A stretch of DNA of 64,000 nt from contig NZ_JANMLM010000111.1 in the NCBI RefSeq assembly GCF_031372575.1, positions 2,750-66,749 of the forward strand. The letters are read 5' to 3'. The position numbers and the translations under genes are program-made. How positions within the stretch are numbered: the stretch's first letter is position 1; every line of letters starts with the position of its first letter. This DNA is from Sphingomonas sp. Lineage in GTDB: Bacteria > Pseudomonadota > Alphaproteobacteria > Sphingomonadales > Sphingomonadaceae. The notes beneath the pieces were generated by a model. It was not told the origin of the DNA. It did no database searches and worked only from the letters and a program-made list of their open reading frames with translations. Of the stretch, positions 9,015 to 17,689 are shown in pieces.

Positions 9015-10280
9015 TTTCGACGGAAGCTTGACTCTCGGCATCTCGGGGAACGCGCTGACCGCCCGCAGTAGGATGGCCGCGCCACCCGAGATTGCAGCGA
9101 GGAGCAGGAAGTAGCTTCCGTGGTCGAACCGATTCCATAAGGTCCCGACAAGCCCGGCGCTTAGGCTGCCGGTGAATATTACCAGGAACCAGGCGGCGAC
9201 GGTCGTCGCGCCGAGATGCGGCGGCGCGAGACGTGCGAACAGGCCCAGGCCGGTGGGAAGGATGAACAGTTCGCCGAAGGTGAACACGAGGAAGAATAGC
9301 GCGAGCCACCCCCAGTGCGCGACGCCGCCGTCGCCCAGCCCGACTACCCCGGCAAGGAGCAAGTAAGCGAGGCCAACGAGCAGGGCACCGAACGACATTC
9401 GGCGGATCAGCGATTGGCGAGTCTCCGTCGCGCTGTGTCGGCGCCAATAAGCGAGCAAAGGCGGGGTCATCAAGATGACGAACAAGGGATTGAGCGACTG
9501 GAACCAGGTCATCGGGATCGCGAAGCCTCCGGCCGCGCGGTTAACCCCGCAGACGGCCCAAAGCGCGACGGTGTTGCCAACCTGTTCATAGGCGGCGCGG
9601 AACACGGTCACTGACAGCGCGATTCCCGACAGGAGAAGGATTGTTCGCCGGTCAAAACCGAGACGGCCTTCGGCCTCAGCCTTTGGCGCTCGCGGCTGCT
9701 CGGACGGCAGATGCCGCTTCCCCGCAATGTAGATGATCAGGCCCGCGACCATGCCCACGCCTGCTGCGCCGAACCCGTAATGCCAACCGTAAACCTCGCC
9801 CAGCGTCCCGCAGATCAGCGGCGCGAGGAAGCCGCCAATGTTGATCCCGACATAATAGACGTTGAAGGCCCAGCTCCGGCGTGGATCGCCGCGTTGATAA
9901 AGGTCGCCGACCTGGCTCGGCAGGCTTGGCAGGAACAGCCCGTTGCCAATCGCGATCGCGCCTAGCGCGGCGTAGAACAAGGATTCGAATGCCATCATGA
10001 AATGGCCGACTGCCATGATGCTGGCGCCGATGATGACCGCCTTGCGCTTGCCGAGGTAACGGTCGGCGATGACCCCGCCGATGATCGGCGTGAAGTAGGC
10101 GCAGGCGGTATAGGTGCCGTAGATGAACGAGGATTGCGCCTGCCCGATGAGCAATTGCTTGGTCATGTAATAAACCAGCAGAGCGCGCATCCCATAGTAA
10201 GAGAATTGCTCCCACATGTTGGTCAGGAAAAGGACCGTCAGGCCGCGCGGTTGGCCGAACCAGCGTTGCTCCTCGCTCAC
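9000..10280 (-). CDS. POT/PTR family proton-dependent oligopeptide transporter (MFS)
   Basis: GTG at 10280 overlaps the epimerase stop. Motifs GQPRGL..LF, WEQFSYYGMRALL, FYVG-like YYVGINIGGF and GELFILPTGL. Confidence 0.9.
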   Translation of the reverse strand: MSEEQRWFGQPRGLTVLFLTNMWEQFSYYGMRALLVYYMTKQLLIGQAQSSFIYGTYTACAYFTPIIGGVIADRYLGKRKAVIIGASIMAVGHFMMAFESLFYAALGAIAIGNGLFLPSLPSQVGDLYQRGDPRRSWAFNVYYVGINIGGFLAPLICGTLGEVYGWHYGFGAAGVGMVAGLIIYIAGKRHLPSEQPRAPKAEAEGRLGFDRRTILLLSGIALSVTVFRAAYEQVGNTVALWAVCGVNRAAGGFAIPMTWFQSLNPLFVILMTPPLLAYWRRHSATETRQSLIRRMSFGALLVGLAYLLLAGVVGLGDGGVAHWGWLALFFLVFTFGELFILPTGLGLFARLAPPHLGATTVAAWFLVIFTGSLSAGLVGTLWNRFDHGSYFLLLAAISGGAAILLRAVSAFPEMPRVKLPSKLNSD

Positions 10281-11287
10281 GCTGCGAGCAGCTTTTTCGT
10301 TCCCCAGACCTCGGGTCCAGCAGTGACCATGCCGTCGGCGTAGGTTACGCCGGGCTGATGATCCTGAGCAAGGAAGATCGGGCCGTCGAGATCGACGATG
10401 TCGCAGCCCTGGCCGAGCACAAAGGCGGGCGCCATGGCGAGGCTGGTGCCGACCATGTTGCCGACCATGACACCAAGACCGAGGCGGCGCGCTTCGGCGG
10501 CCATCAGCAGACCTTCGGTCAAGCCGCCGCACTTGTCGAGCTTGATGTTTACGACGTCGAACCGCCCGACCGCTGGAGCGACATCGTCGAGCGTTAGCAG
10601 GCTTTCATCGCCGGCAATCGGGATCGCCGAACGATAGTGATCTAGATCAGCTTCGCGCCCGCGCGCCAACGGTTGCTCGAGCAGCGAGACGTTCAGCCGG
10701 GCAAGTGCCGCAACCAGCGGGTCGAGTTCCTCGATGACGAATCCTTGATTGCCATCGACGCCCAGCCAGACATCCGGTCGCGCCGCCCGGATTGCTGTTA
10801 CCCGTTCAATATCCAGTTCGAGATCACCGGTCAGCTTGACCTTGATAGACTTTGCGTGGGCATATTTTAGCGCGCCGCTCGCCATCACCTCGGGCGCATC
10901 GGCACCGAGCGTGAAGGTGGTCCTAAGCGGCAACGGCGGCGCTTGCCCCGCGAGATCCCATACCGGCTTGCCCGTTCGTGCCGCCTCAAGCTCCCACAAG
11001 GCGCAATCGACCGCGTTGCGCCCTCCGCCTGGTGGCATCAGCCTGCGCAAGTCATCGCGGGAGACGCCCGCCTCGATTACCGGGCGCGCTTTCTCGATCG
11101 CCGCAAGCATGTGCGCAACGTCGTCGCCTAGGTAATAGACTCCACCGCCCTCGCCGCGTCCGTCAAGCTCGCCGTCGCGCAGGGTGACCACGACGACGGC
11201 CGAGGTTTCGAACACATGGCCCGAAATTCGGAACGGCACCTTGAGCCTGAGCGTCTCGCTCGCAACCTCGAGCGCAATGCGGCCCAC
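10277..11287 (-). CDS. dgcA: Enolase-superfamily dipeptide epimerase / DgcA-like N-acetyl-D-Glu racemase
   Basis: KVK catalytic motif, metal ligands DGNQG, EQP and DES, and NIKLDKCGG. Clustered with DUF1611. Confidence 0.8.
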   Translation of the reverse strand: MGRIALEVASETLRLKVPFRISGHVFETSAVVVVTLRDGELDGRGEGGGVYYLGDDVAHMLAAIEKARPVIEAGVSRDDLRRLMPPGGGRNAVDCALWELEAARTGKPVWDLAGQAPPLPLRTTFTLGADAPEVMASGALKYAHAKSIKVKLTGDLELDIERVTAIRAARPDVWLGVDGNQGFVIEELDPLVAALARLNVSLLEQPLARGREADLDHYRSAIPIAGDESLLTLDDVAPAVGRFDVVNIKLDKCGGLTEGLLMAAEARRLGLGVMVGNMVGTSLAMAPAFVLGQGCDIVDLDGPIFLAQDHQPGVTYADGMVTAGPEVWGTKKLLAA

Positions 11288-13318
11288 TTAGTAACTCACG
11301 CTCATCGCCAGCAGCCCGTAGCGGAGTGCGACATAGAGAATGACCAATGTCGCGAGGACGATCAGCACGCTCCATAGTTTGCGCGTCCAGCGGCGGCCAT
11401 CATTGAGCGTCAGCCAGGCGTTCCATGCGCTGATCCCGACCGCGCCGACGAACACGATCGCGCCGAGAATCTGCAGCACCCACAGCCACAAATCGAAGCT
11501 CCCGGCGAGATTCTCCAGATCCTTGAACAGCAAGGTAACGAGCACGCCCCAGCCGGCCAGCACCAATAAGTTGGCGGCGGCCATGATACGCGTCGCGCGA
11601 TAAGCCTGCAGCGCGCGTCCGCTAACGCTCGGCGCAGCCTTATAGCGGCGTCGGACGTACCAGGTGACTGGCCAGTAGAGCAGCGTCAGCAGCAAGATTA
11701 CCAAGCTCGCGTAGAGGGCTGGTTTTAGCCACGCGCCGGACAGGCTCGCGGGGACCCGGTCGAACACCATGAATGGCGAGATTTCGTCAAAGCTCCAGCG
11801 GACGACCTTGCCCTCGACAACCTGTGCCGCAAGCTTCTGATGGCTATACTTGTCCTGCCACATGAAGGGCGTGACCTCGACCCACTCGCGCGGGCGGCCG
11901 TTGGCGGCGGTCAGCGCGGGAATCACCAACTCGCCTTTCGGCCCGACCGAAACTGCGGTTTGTCCGATCAGATTGAGCAGCGAGACAAAGCCATGATCCT
12001 CGCGGCGGCTATTCTGCCACAGCCCGGCCATCATTTCCGAATGTTGGCGCGCAAGTTTCGCGGGGACAATTGTCGGGTTGGCGGGAGGAGCTGGGAAATA
12101 GCGATCGGCGAAATGTTCAAACATCGCTTCACGCAACGGTCCCACAGCACCGCCTTTGCCGGGACTGTTGAACGACACGTAGAAGCCAACGTTGTCGTTG
12201 ATCAACAAATGCAGCGAGGTGTGGAAAGCGGAGGTATCGCCCAAATGACCGATCACTTCGCGCCCGTTGGCGTTTGTCTCGAAGAAGCCAAGCTCCATGC
12301 GGTTGAGCCCGGGGAACAGCGTGCGCGGGTTGATTTTGTCCAGTGGGCTGTTGTGCATCATGGCTGCAGTCGCGGGCTGTAATATACCGCGGCCGTTGGC
12401 GAGATGCGCGATCATGAAGCGGCCCATATCGGCGCCGCTCGCGGACAGCGATCCAGCCGGGGCCGGGCCGATCAGCTCGAAGCCCTTGGGGTCGGCACCG
12501 GGCGCTTGATAGCCGACCGAAACCTGTCCCTTGAACTGCGCCGGAAGCGGCTGGCGGAAGGTCGAATTGCGCATTCCGAGCGGTGCAAAGACATGCTGGT
12601 CGAGATAATCGTCGAAGCTTTGGCCCGACGTCCGCTCGACCAGATAAGCCGCCAGCGCTGTCGCCCAGTTGGAATAAGCAGGGGTCGTTCCAGGCGCATA
12701 AATCCGCTTCGGCGTGTGCGCTTTCAGATAGTCGCCGAGCTTGCGCACCTTCTTGGCATCGTAGAAGATAATTTCCTTCGACGTTTCCTGAAACCCGCCG
12801 GTGTGAGTCATGATTTGGCGCAGCGTCACGGGCTGACCTTCGAACGGCGGAATCTTGAAATCGAGGTAGGTATTGACGTCCTTGTCGAGGTTGAGTTTAC
12901 CCTGCTCGACCTGCTGCATGACCGCCGTCCAGGTGACGAGTTTCGACACCGATCCGGGGCGGAACAAGGTGCGCTCGGGATCGACCGGGGTGCGCTTCTC
13001 AAGGTCCGAGTAGCCGAATCCGCGCGCGGTCAGGAACTGTCCGTCCTTGACGACCACGACCACTGCTCCGGGAATGTCGCTGTTGTGCAACGCATAAGGC
13101 ATATAGCCGTCGAGCCACGCGTCGAGGTCGCTCTTGGTGAGCGCGTGCGGCGCCGGTTCGCCGCTGACTGCGGCCGCGGAAGGCTGGCCGGTTCGCGGCG
13201 CGGCGAGAGCGAGCTTCGCAAGCGAAGGAGGAGCGCCGATTTGCGCGCTGTCTTGCGCGATTGCGGCGCCGCCCAAGAGAATCAGCAGACCGCAGCGAAT
13301 CGCTCGCCAATTTCGCAT
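11288..13318 (-). CDS. Membrane-anchored serine hydrolase (beta-lactamase fold) with three C-terminal TM helices
   Basis: SVSK, YSN and HLG motifs, an N-terminal signal peptide and a hydrophobic C-terminus. Confidence 0.85.
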   Translation of the reverse strand: MRNWRAIRCGLLILLGGAAIAQDSAQIGAPPSLAKLALAAPRTGQPSAAAVSGEPAPHALTKSDLDAWLDGYMPYALHNSDIPGAVVVVVKDGQFLTARGFGYSDLEKRTPVDPERTLFRPGSVSKLVTWTAVMQQVEQGKLNLDKDVNTYLDFKIPPFEGQPVTLRQIMTHTGGFQETSKEIIFYDAKKVRKLGDYLKAHTPKRIYAPGTTPAYSNWATALAAYLVERTSGQSFDDYLDQHVFAPLGMRNSTFRQPLPAQFKGQVSVGYQAPGADPKGFELIGPAPAGSLSASGADMGRFMIAHLANGRGILQPATAAMMHNSPLDKINPRTLFPGLNRMELGFFETNANGREVIGHLGDTSAFHTSLHLLINDNVGFYVSFNSPGKGGAVGPLREAMFEHFADRYFPAPPANPTIVPAKLARQHSEMMAGLWQNSRREDHGFVSLLNLIGQTAVSVGPKGELVIPALTAANGRPREWVEVTPFMWQDKYSHQKLAAQVVEGKVVRWSFDEISPFMVFDRVPASLSGAWLKPALYASLVILLLTLLYWPVTWYVRRRYKAAPSVSGRALQAYRATRIMAAANLLVLAGWGVLVTLLFKDLENLAGSFDLWLWVLQILGAIVFVGAVGISAWNAWLTLNDGRRWTRKLWSVLIVLATLVILYVALRYGLLAMSVSY

Positions 13319-13386
13319 TCTTATTCCCCTTATCGTCCGTCCGGGATTGCCCCCGGCGGTCGCAGCCCATAGACTCGCGCACTCAC

Positions 13387-13417
13387 TCCAATTAGGACCA
13401 CTGTTATCCTGATTGGA
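13387..13417. promoter_or_regulatory. 31-bp inverted repeat (11-9-11) in the divergent promoter, probable operator of the XRE-cupin regulator
   Basis: TCCAATTAGGA-N9-TCCTGATTGGA with 1 mismatch. An extra half-site CTCATTAGGA lies at 13429-13438, and TTGACG lies on the minus strand at 13428-13423. Confidence 0.6.
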
Positions 13418-13448
13418 GAATTCGTCAACTCATTAGGAACGTCGCGCT

Positions 13449-14123
13449 ATGGTAACCCCCGTTCCCACTCTTGGTGTTCTGCTGCGCAAGCTGCGCAGCC
13501 GCCACGGGTGGACGCTCAAGCAAATGAGCGAGAATAGCGGGATCCCGCTCTCGACCCTGTCGAAGATCGAGCATGACCGGCTGACGCTGACCTACGACAA
13601 GCTCTACCAGGTGAGCCAGCGACTCGGCATTCCGATCTCTGAATTATTTGCAGAGACCGGTCAGGATACGGCGCCGACAGTGACCGCGCGCCGCAGCCTC
13701 GGCGACATCGACCAGGCGCTGCACGTCGAAACGCCCAATTATGATTATTATTTCCTGTGCACCGAACTGCGCCGCAAGCGGATGATTCCGGTAATCACCA
13801 AAATCCGCGCCAAGACGTCCGAGGAATTCGGCGAGCTGGTCCATCATCCGGGCGAGGAATTCATTTACGTCCTGCAAGGCTCGATTGTCGTCAACACCGA
13901 ATTCTACGATCCCGTGGTGCTTGCCGCGGGGCAGTCGATCTATATCGATTCGAGCATGGGCCATGCCTATCTCGCGGCCGAAGGGTGCAACGAAGCCGAA
14001 GTCCTTGGCGTGATGTCGAGCGGCGGCGACGACCTTCAGGAATCGCTGATGTCGATTCACGATGCCCATGGCGGACAGCGCAACGGCGTTGCTCCGGGGG
14101 CCGTCCGCACGGTGCCGCAATGA
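13449..14123 (+). CDS. XRE-family HTH transcriptional regulator with cupin domain
   Basis: HTH motif TLKQMSENSGIPLSTLSKIE and cupin motif HHPGEEFIYVLQG...DSSMGHAY. Confidence 0.9.
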   Translation: MVTPVPTLGVLLRKLRSRHGWTLKQMSENSGIPLSTLSKIEHDRLTLTYDKLYQVSQRLGIPISELFAETGQDTAPTVTARRSLGDIDQALHVETPNYDYYFLCTELRRKRMIPVITKIRAKTSEEFGELVHHPGEEFIYVLQGSIVVNTEFYDPVVLAAGQSIYIDSSMGHAYLAAEGCNEAEVLGVMSSGGDDLQESLMSIHDAHGGQRNGVAPGAVRTVPQ

Positions 14124-14590
14124 TCGGCGCACTGTTCTTGTTGGCTGCCGCGCCTGCCGCGCCAATCCATCCGCCGGAAATTGAAGCACATCTTGCGCCG
14201 ATTGTTGGCGATTGGACCCGGTTGGGGAAGGAAACGACCTACCGCGACCATTGCGTGTGGTACGATCGTCACGCCTTTGTCGTATGCAGCCTCACAGACA
14301 GCAGCAGCGGGCTCCGCGTCGAGGCCATCGTCGGCTATTCAAAGGACGGTGCGCGTTACACCTATCAAAGCTTTAGCAACGACGGCGGCAGCCATATCCA
14401 GTACGGCTATCCGCTCGGCAAGAACGGCATCGTTATGACGGACGAGCGCAACGTCGAAGACAAGCCGGTACGCCTGACCACCTCGATCATCCCGCTGCCC
14501 GACGGCCGCCTGCGCATGACCCAGGACCGATCGGTCATGGGCGGCCCGTGGCAGCAGGTCGGCGAAGTCACTTACGTGCCCCGCAAGTGA
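14120..14590 (+). CDS. Exported hypothetical protein, predicted beta-rich
   Basis: ATGA overlap with the regulator stop. Signal-like MIGALFLLAAAPA. One Cys pair. Confidence 0.7.
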   Translation: MIGALFLLAAAPAAPIHPPEIEAHLAPIVGDWTRLGKETTYRDHCVWYDRHAFVVCSLTDSSSGLRVEAIVGYSKDGARYTYQSFSNDGGSHIQYGYPLGKNGIVMTDERNVEDKPVRLTTSIIPLPDGRLRMTQDRSVMGGPWQQVGEVTYVPRK

Positions 14591-14737
14591 TCGTTGGTGA
14601 TCAAGGATCAGGAGGCTTACTGCTGTCTACGTCGGACGGGGTATTTGCCTTATACCTGCAAACGGCGGTTCCCTACAAAACACGCCCACTATGAGTCCGT
14701 CAGCTTTCGGCCAGAAGAAGTCGCTTAACCCTGTTTC

Positions 14738-14773
14738 GCTAATGTCCGATTTCCATCCATAACGGACGTTAGC
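14738..14773. repeat. REP-like palindromic element
   Basis: GCTAATGTCCG-N14-CGGACGTTAGC (11-bp arms, one G.U pair). Resembles the AATGTCCG...CGGACATT extragenic palindromes of alphaproteobacteria. Confidence 0.55.
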
Positions 14774-14862
14774 CATCACGGCCTGAACGCAATCAACAAG
14801 CCCCTTCCAATGTAGGATTTCGCCTGTCAGCGTGGCGGCGCACGACTCGATTGTGCCGGCTT

Positions 14863-14880
14863 CCTTCGACAGGCTCAGGA
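14863..14880. repeat. Single copy of a CCTTCGACAGGCTCAGG-type REP element
   Basis: The sequence CCTTCGACAGGCTCAGGA matches a REP motif I recall as common in sphingomonads. Confidence 0.5.
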
Positions 14881-15084
14881 GATGCTTTCACCGCGTCAGC
14901 GAGAACACCCCGAATCCGCCGCCGGACCGCGATTTTGCTCGGTTTGCGACGCTCTTGACGCGCTTTTTGCGCAATTTCGTCGCAAATCTGCCGGGGCATT
15001 GGCGGGTTTCTGCGGAAAATAGGATAAATGGTCGCTCACCCTTGGTCTTTTGCGACCTTTGTGACTTTACGCGCGACCTTCGCC

Positions 15085-15188
15085 TACCGCCCGTGCCCGC
15101 GCCAGCGCTTGCCCAGGGCGGTTTACCGCCCGTGCCCGCGCCAGCGCTTGCCCAGGGCGGTTTACCGCCCGTGCCCGCGCCAGCGCTT
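15085..15188. repeat. 39-bp tandem repeat, 2 full copies plus 26 bp, duplicating the 3' end of the HerA-like gene
   Basis: Unit TACCGCCCGTGCCCGCGCCAGCGCTTGCCCAGGGCGGTT starts at 15085, 15124 and 15163. Confidence 0.95.
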
Positions 15189-16850
15189 AATCGTGCGGTC
15201 GATGATGCCGGCTTCGCCGCCGGTCTCGCGCCACAAAGCCGCGAAGCTCGGGTCGGACGAGGCGGGGCGTTTTTCGGGCTCGAGATCGTCGAACCGGACG
15301 CGGATCGGGATTGCGACGCCTTCGCCGCAGACGATGCATTCGCGGTTACGCAAGGCCGGGATGGCATCGAGGAAGCCGCGCGCGCCCTCTGGCATGGCGG
15401 CACGAACGCAGGCCTGATCGCGGTCGTTGTTGAGGCGCATGGCGATGATCGTGCCGCACTGTGACAGCACGCCTTCGGCTAGATCCGACGGGCGCTGGGT
15501 GATCAGCCCGAGCGAGACGCCGTACTTGCGGCCTTCCTTGGCGATCCGCTCGAGGATCTTGCGCACCGCCTGGCCATTGGCATTCTCGTCCTTGGGGACG
15601 TAGCGATGGGCTTCCTCGCAGACCAGCAGCAGCGGGCGCTGCGCCTCGGTACGCGACCAGATGGCATAATCGAACACCATCCGGGCGAGGACCGACACGA
15701 CCACCGACGTAATCTCGCTCGGCACGCCCGAGACATCGACGATCGAGATCGGCTTGCCGAGCGCGGGAAGGCGGAACAATTTGGCGCAGAAACCGGCCAT
15801 CGTGTCGCTGACCAGCATGCCTGAAAACATGAAGGTGAAGCGCGGATCGGCGCGCAGCTCGTCGAGCTTGTTCTTGAGCCGCTGGTAGGGCGTGGTGTCG
15901 CCGGCGCGGTCGAGCTTGCCCATTTCCGCGGTCAGCACCGCCGACAAATCGGTCAGCAGATAGGGGATCGGCGAGTCGACGGTGACCTTGCCATATTGTT
16001 CGATATTCTTGCCGCGCGTGCGGGCCGCGAGCAGGCACTTGCCGAGGATGTCGGCGTCGCGCTGGCGTTCCGACCCGTCGCTGGTCAAATACACTTCGCA
16101 ATGTTCCTCGAAGTTCATCAGCCAGTAGGGCAGCTGCAGATTGTCGACGTTGAACAATTCGCCGCAATCCTTGAACGCCGCCGAATATTCGCCGTGCGGA
16201 TCGATCATCACGATGTGCCCTTCGGGCGACAATTGCGAGATTCGGTGGAGGATCAGGCTGACGCTGGTCGACTTGCCGGTACCGGTGCTGCCGAGCACCG
16301 CGAAATGCTTGCCGAGCATCGGATCGACGTAGAGCGCGCCGCGAATGTCATCGGTCGGGTAGACCGTCCCGATTTCGATATGGGCTTCGTCCGAGGCAGC
16401 GAAGATCGAGCGCATGTCTTCGGTATTGACCGGATAGATCGGGCTTCCCGGGATCGGGTAACGGGTCACACCGCGGCGGAAATTGACCATCCGCCCGCCG
16501 CTCGCCATCTGGCCCTCGCCAAGGAAATCGACATTGGCCAGCACTTCGCCCGGCTTGCCCGCGCGCATCGTGCGGACGTTGGCGATCAGCCAGGCATTGG
16601 CGACCTGCACCTTGATCTGGCTGCCGACCTGCCCGGCCATCGCCACTGACATGTCGGGGCTGGTCGACAACTGATGGAGCAAGGCGGCGTCCATGCTGAC
16701 CGCCGATCCCGAGCCGGCAATTTCCTGGACAATGCCGATCGCGGGCATCTTGCCGCCCGCCACCGGAACCGCGGTCCCGGATTGCGCGCCGTCGTCGCTG
16801 AAGCTCGACAGATGGTCGACGAATTGCTGCAGATTGGGTTCGTCATTCAT
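15162..16850 (-). CDS. HerA/FtsK-superfamily ATPase (DUF87/DUF853-type)
   Basis: Walker A GSTGTGKS, Walker B LLVCEEAH, GRKYG and TQRPS motifs, and an N-terminal HAS-barrel-like region. Confidence 0.85.
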   Translation of the reverse strand: MNDEPNLQQFVDHLSSFSDDGAQSGTAVPVAGGKMPAIGIVQEIAGSGSAVSMDAALLHQLSTSPDMSVAMAGQVGSQIKVQVANAWLIANVRTMRAGKPGEVLANVDFLGEGQMASGGRMVNFRRGVTRYPIPGSPIYPVNTEDMRSIFAASDEAHIEIGTVYPTDDIRGALYVDPMLGKHFAVLGSTGTGKSTSVSLILHRISQLSPEGHIVMIDPHGEYSAAFKDCGELFNVDNLQLPYWLMNFEEHCEVYLTSDGSERQRDADILGKCLLAARTRGKNIEQYGKVTVDSPIPYLLTDLSAVLTAEMGKLDRAGDTTPYQRLKNKLDELRADPRFTFMFSGMLVSDTMAGFCAKLFRLPALGKPISIVDVSGVPSEITSVVVSVLARMVFDYAIWSRTEAQRPLLLVCEEAHRYVPKDENANGQAVRKILERIAKEGRKYGVSLGLITQRPSDLAEGVLSQCGTIIAMRLNNDRDQACVRAAMPEGARGFLDAIPALRNRECIVCGEGVAIPIRVRFDDLEPEKRPASSDPSFAALWRETGGEAGIIDRTIKRWRGHGR

Positions 16851-16933
16851 GCCGGCACGCACCTTGGTCAATTGAGTTGCCAAGGGAGTAACCGACGGCG
16901 GTTAAGATTTTGCTGACGACGCCTGTTGTCGGC

Positions 16934-17689
16934 TTAGGCGCGCCGGGCGAACAGCCACGCGGCGAACCAGCCGAGCCCGAGCGACAGCAATACTGCGGCA
17001 AGACCGTAGAGAAATGCATGGCGCTGCGCCGCGACCGCGATGAACCGCTCGAACCCCGACTTGCCAATCTCGATCTCGCGCGTGGCCGCGGCGACCACCC
17101 GGCCATTGTCGATCAGGAAGGTTTCGGCGGTGTAGGTGCCGACCGGCACCTGGCTCGGGATATTGATCCGCGCCCGGTACAGGACGTGCGCGCTAATCTC
17201 GACGCCTTTGGGATCCTCGGCATAAAGCCGCTGGCGTTTGCGCAGGTCGAGCAGCCCGGCCTCGAACCGCCGTTCCTTGTCGGGCTGGGCACCGCCCCCC
17301 GGCGACAGCTGGAGGTCGCGCAGCCCAAGCTCGTAAATCGCGGCGGTGCGTTCATCGACCAGGTCGCGCACCGGGCGCGACGAGGCGATCGCGTAGAAGG
17401 AAGGCGCCGAGCGGAAGCGGTGCGAATCGGCGTTCATCCAGATGCCGGCAATCTGCTGCTTCTCGCGCACCAGGATCGGTTCGACCGGGCCCTTGACCAC
17501 CACGGCGATGTCGAGCGGCTTGGTCGGGGCGCGGCCGCCGGGATAGAGGATCGCGCCGAACAGCAACAATTGGGCGCCGTTGAAGCTGTAGCGGATTTCG
17601 ATCGACCGGGCCGACACGTCGGGTACCAGCACCGGCTTGGCCGCGCCGAGCAGCAATGGCGCGGCGAGCAGGATCGCGAGCCGCTTCAC
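16934..17689 (-). CDS. TIGR02186 family protein
   Basis: Signal peptide, I.YSFNGAQLLLFGAI, GIWMN motif and a C-terminal TM helix. Follows TauE. Confidence 0.85.
   Translation of the reverse strand: MKRLAILLAAPLLLGAAKPVLVPDVSARSIEIRYSFNGAQLLLFGAILYPGGRAPTKPLDIAVVVKGPVEPILVREKQQIAGIWMNADSHRFRSAPSFYAIASSRPVRDLVDERTAAIYELGLRDLQLSPGGGAQPDKERRFEAGLLDLRKRQRLYAEDPKGVEISAHVLYRARINIPSQVPVGTYTAETFLIDNGRVVAAATREIEIGKSGFERFIAVAAQRHAFLYGLAAVLLSLGLGWFAAWLFARRA

Noticed and set aside
15085-15188. Possible CRISPR array
   Set aside because: The units are contiguous and identical with no spacers, there are no cas genes, and the repeat derives from a gene end.
14832-15464. Plus-strand ORF with (LPPVPAPALAQGG) repeats
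   Set aside because: It is a by-product of the 39-bp repeat and is antisense to the HerA-like gene. It has no RBS or family signature.
15162-16850. HerA as an anti-phage (Sir2-HerA/Nezha) or NurA-HerA system
   Set aside because: No Sir2, nuclease or NurA partner is adjacent, and the context is TauE/TIGR02186.
16860-16910. Sigma54 promoter or CtrA site upstream of the HerA-like gene (TGGCAA-N5-TTGA; TAACCG/CGGTTA)
   Set aside because: The -12 element reads GA instead of the near-invariant GC, and only one CtrA half-site is present.
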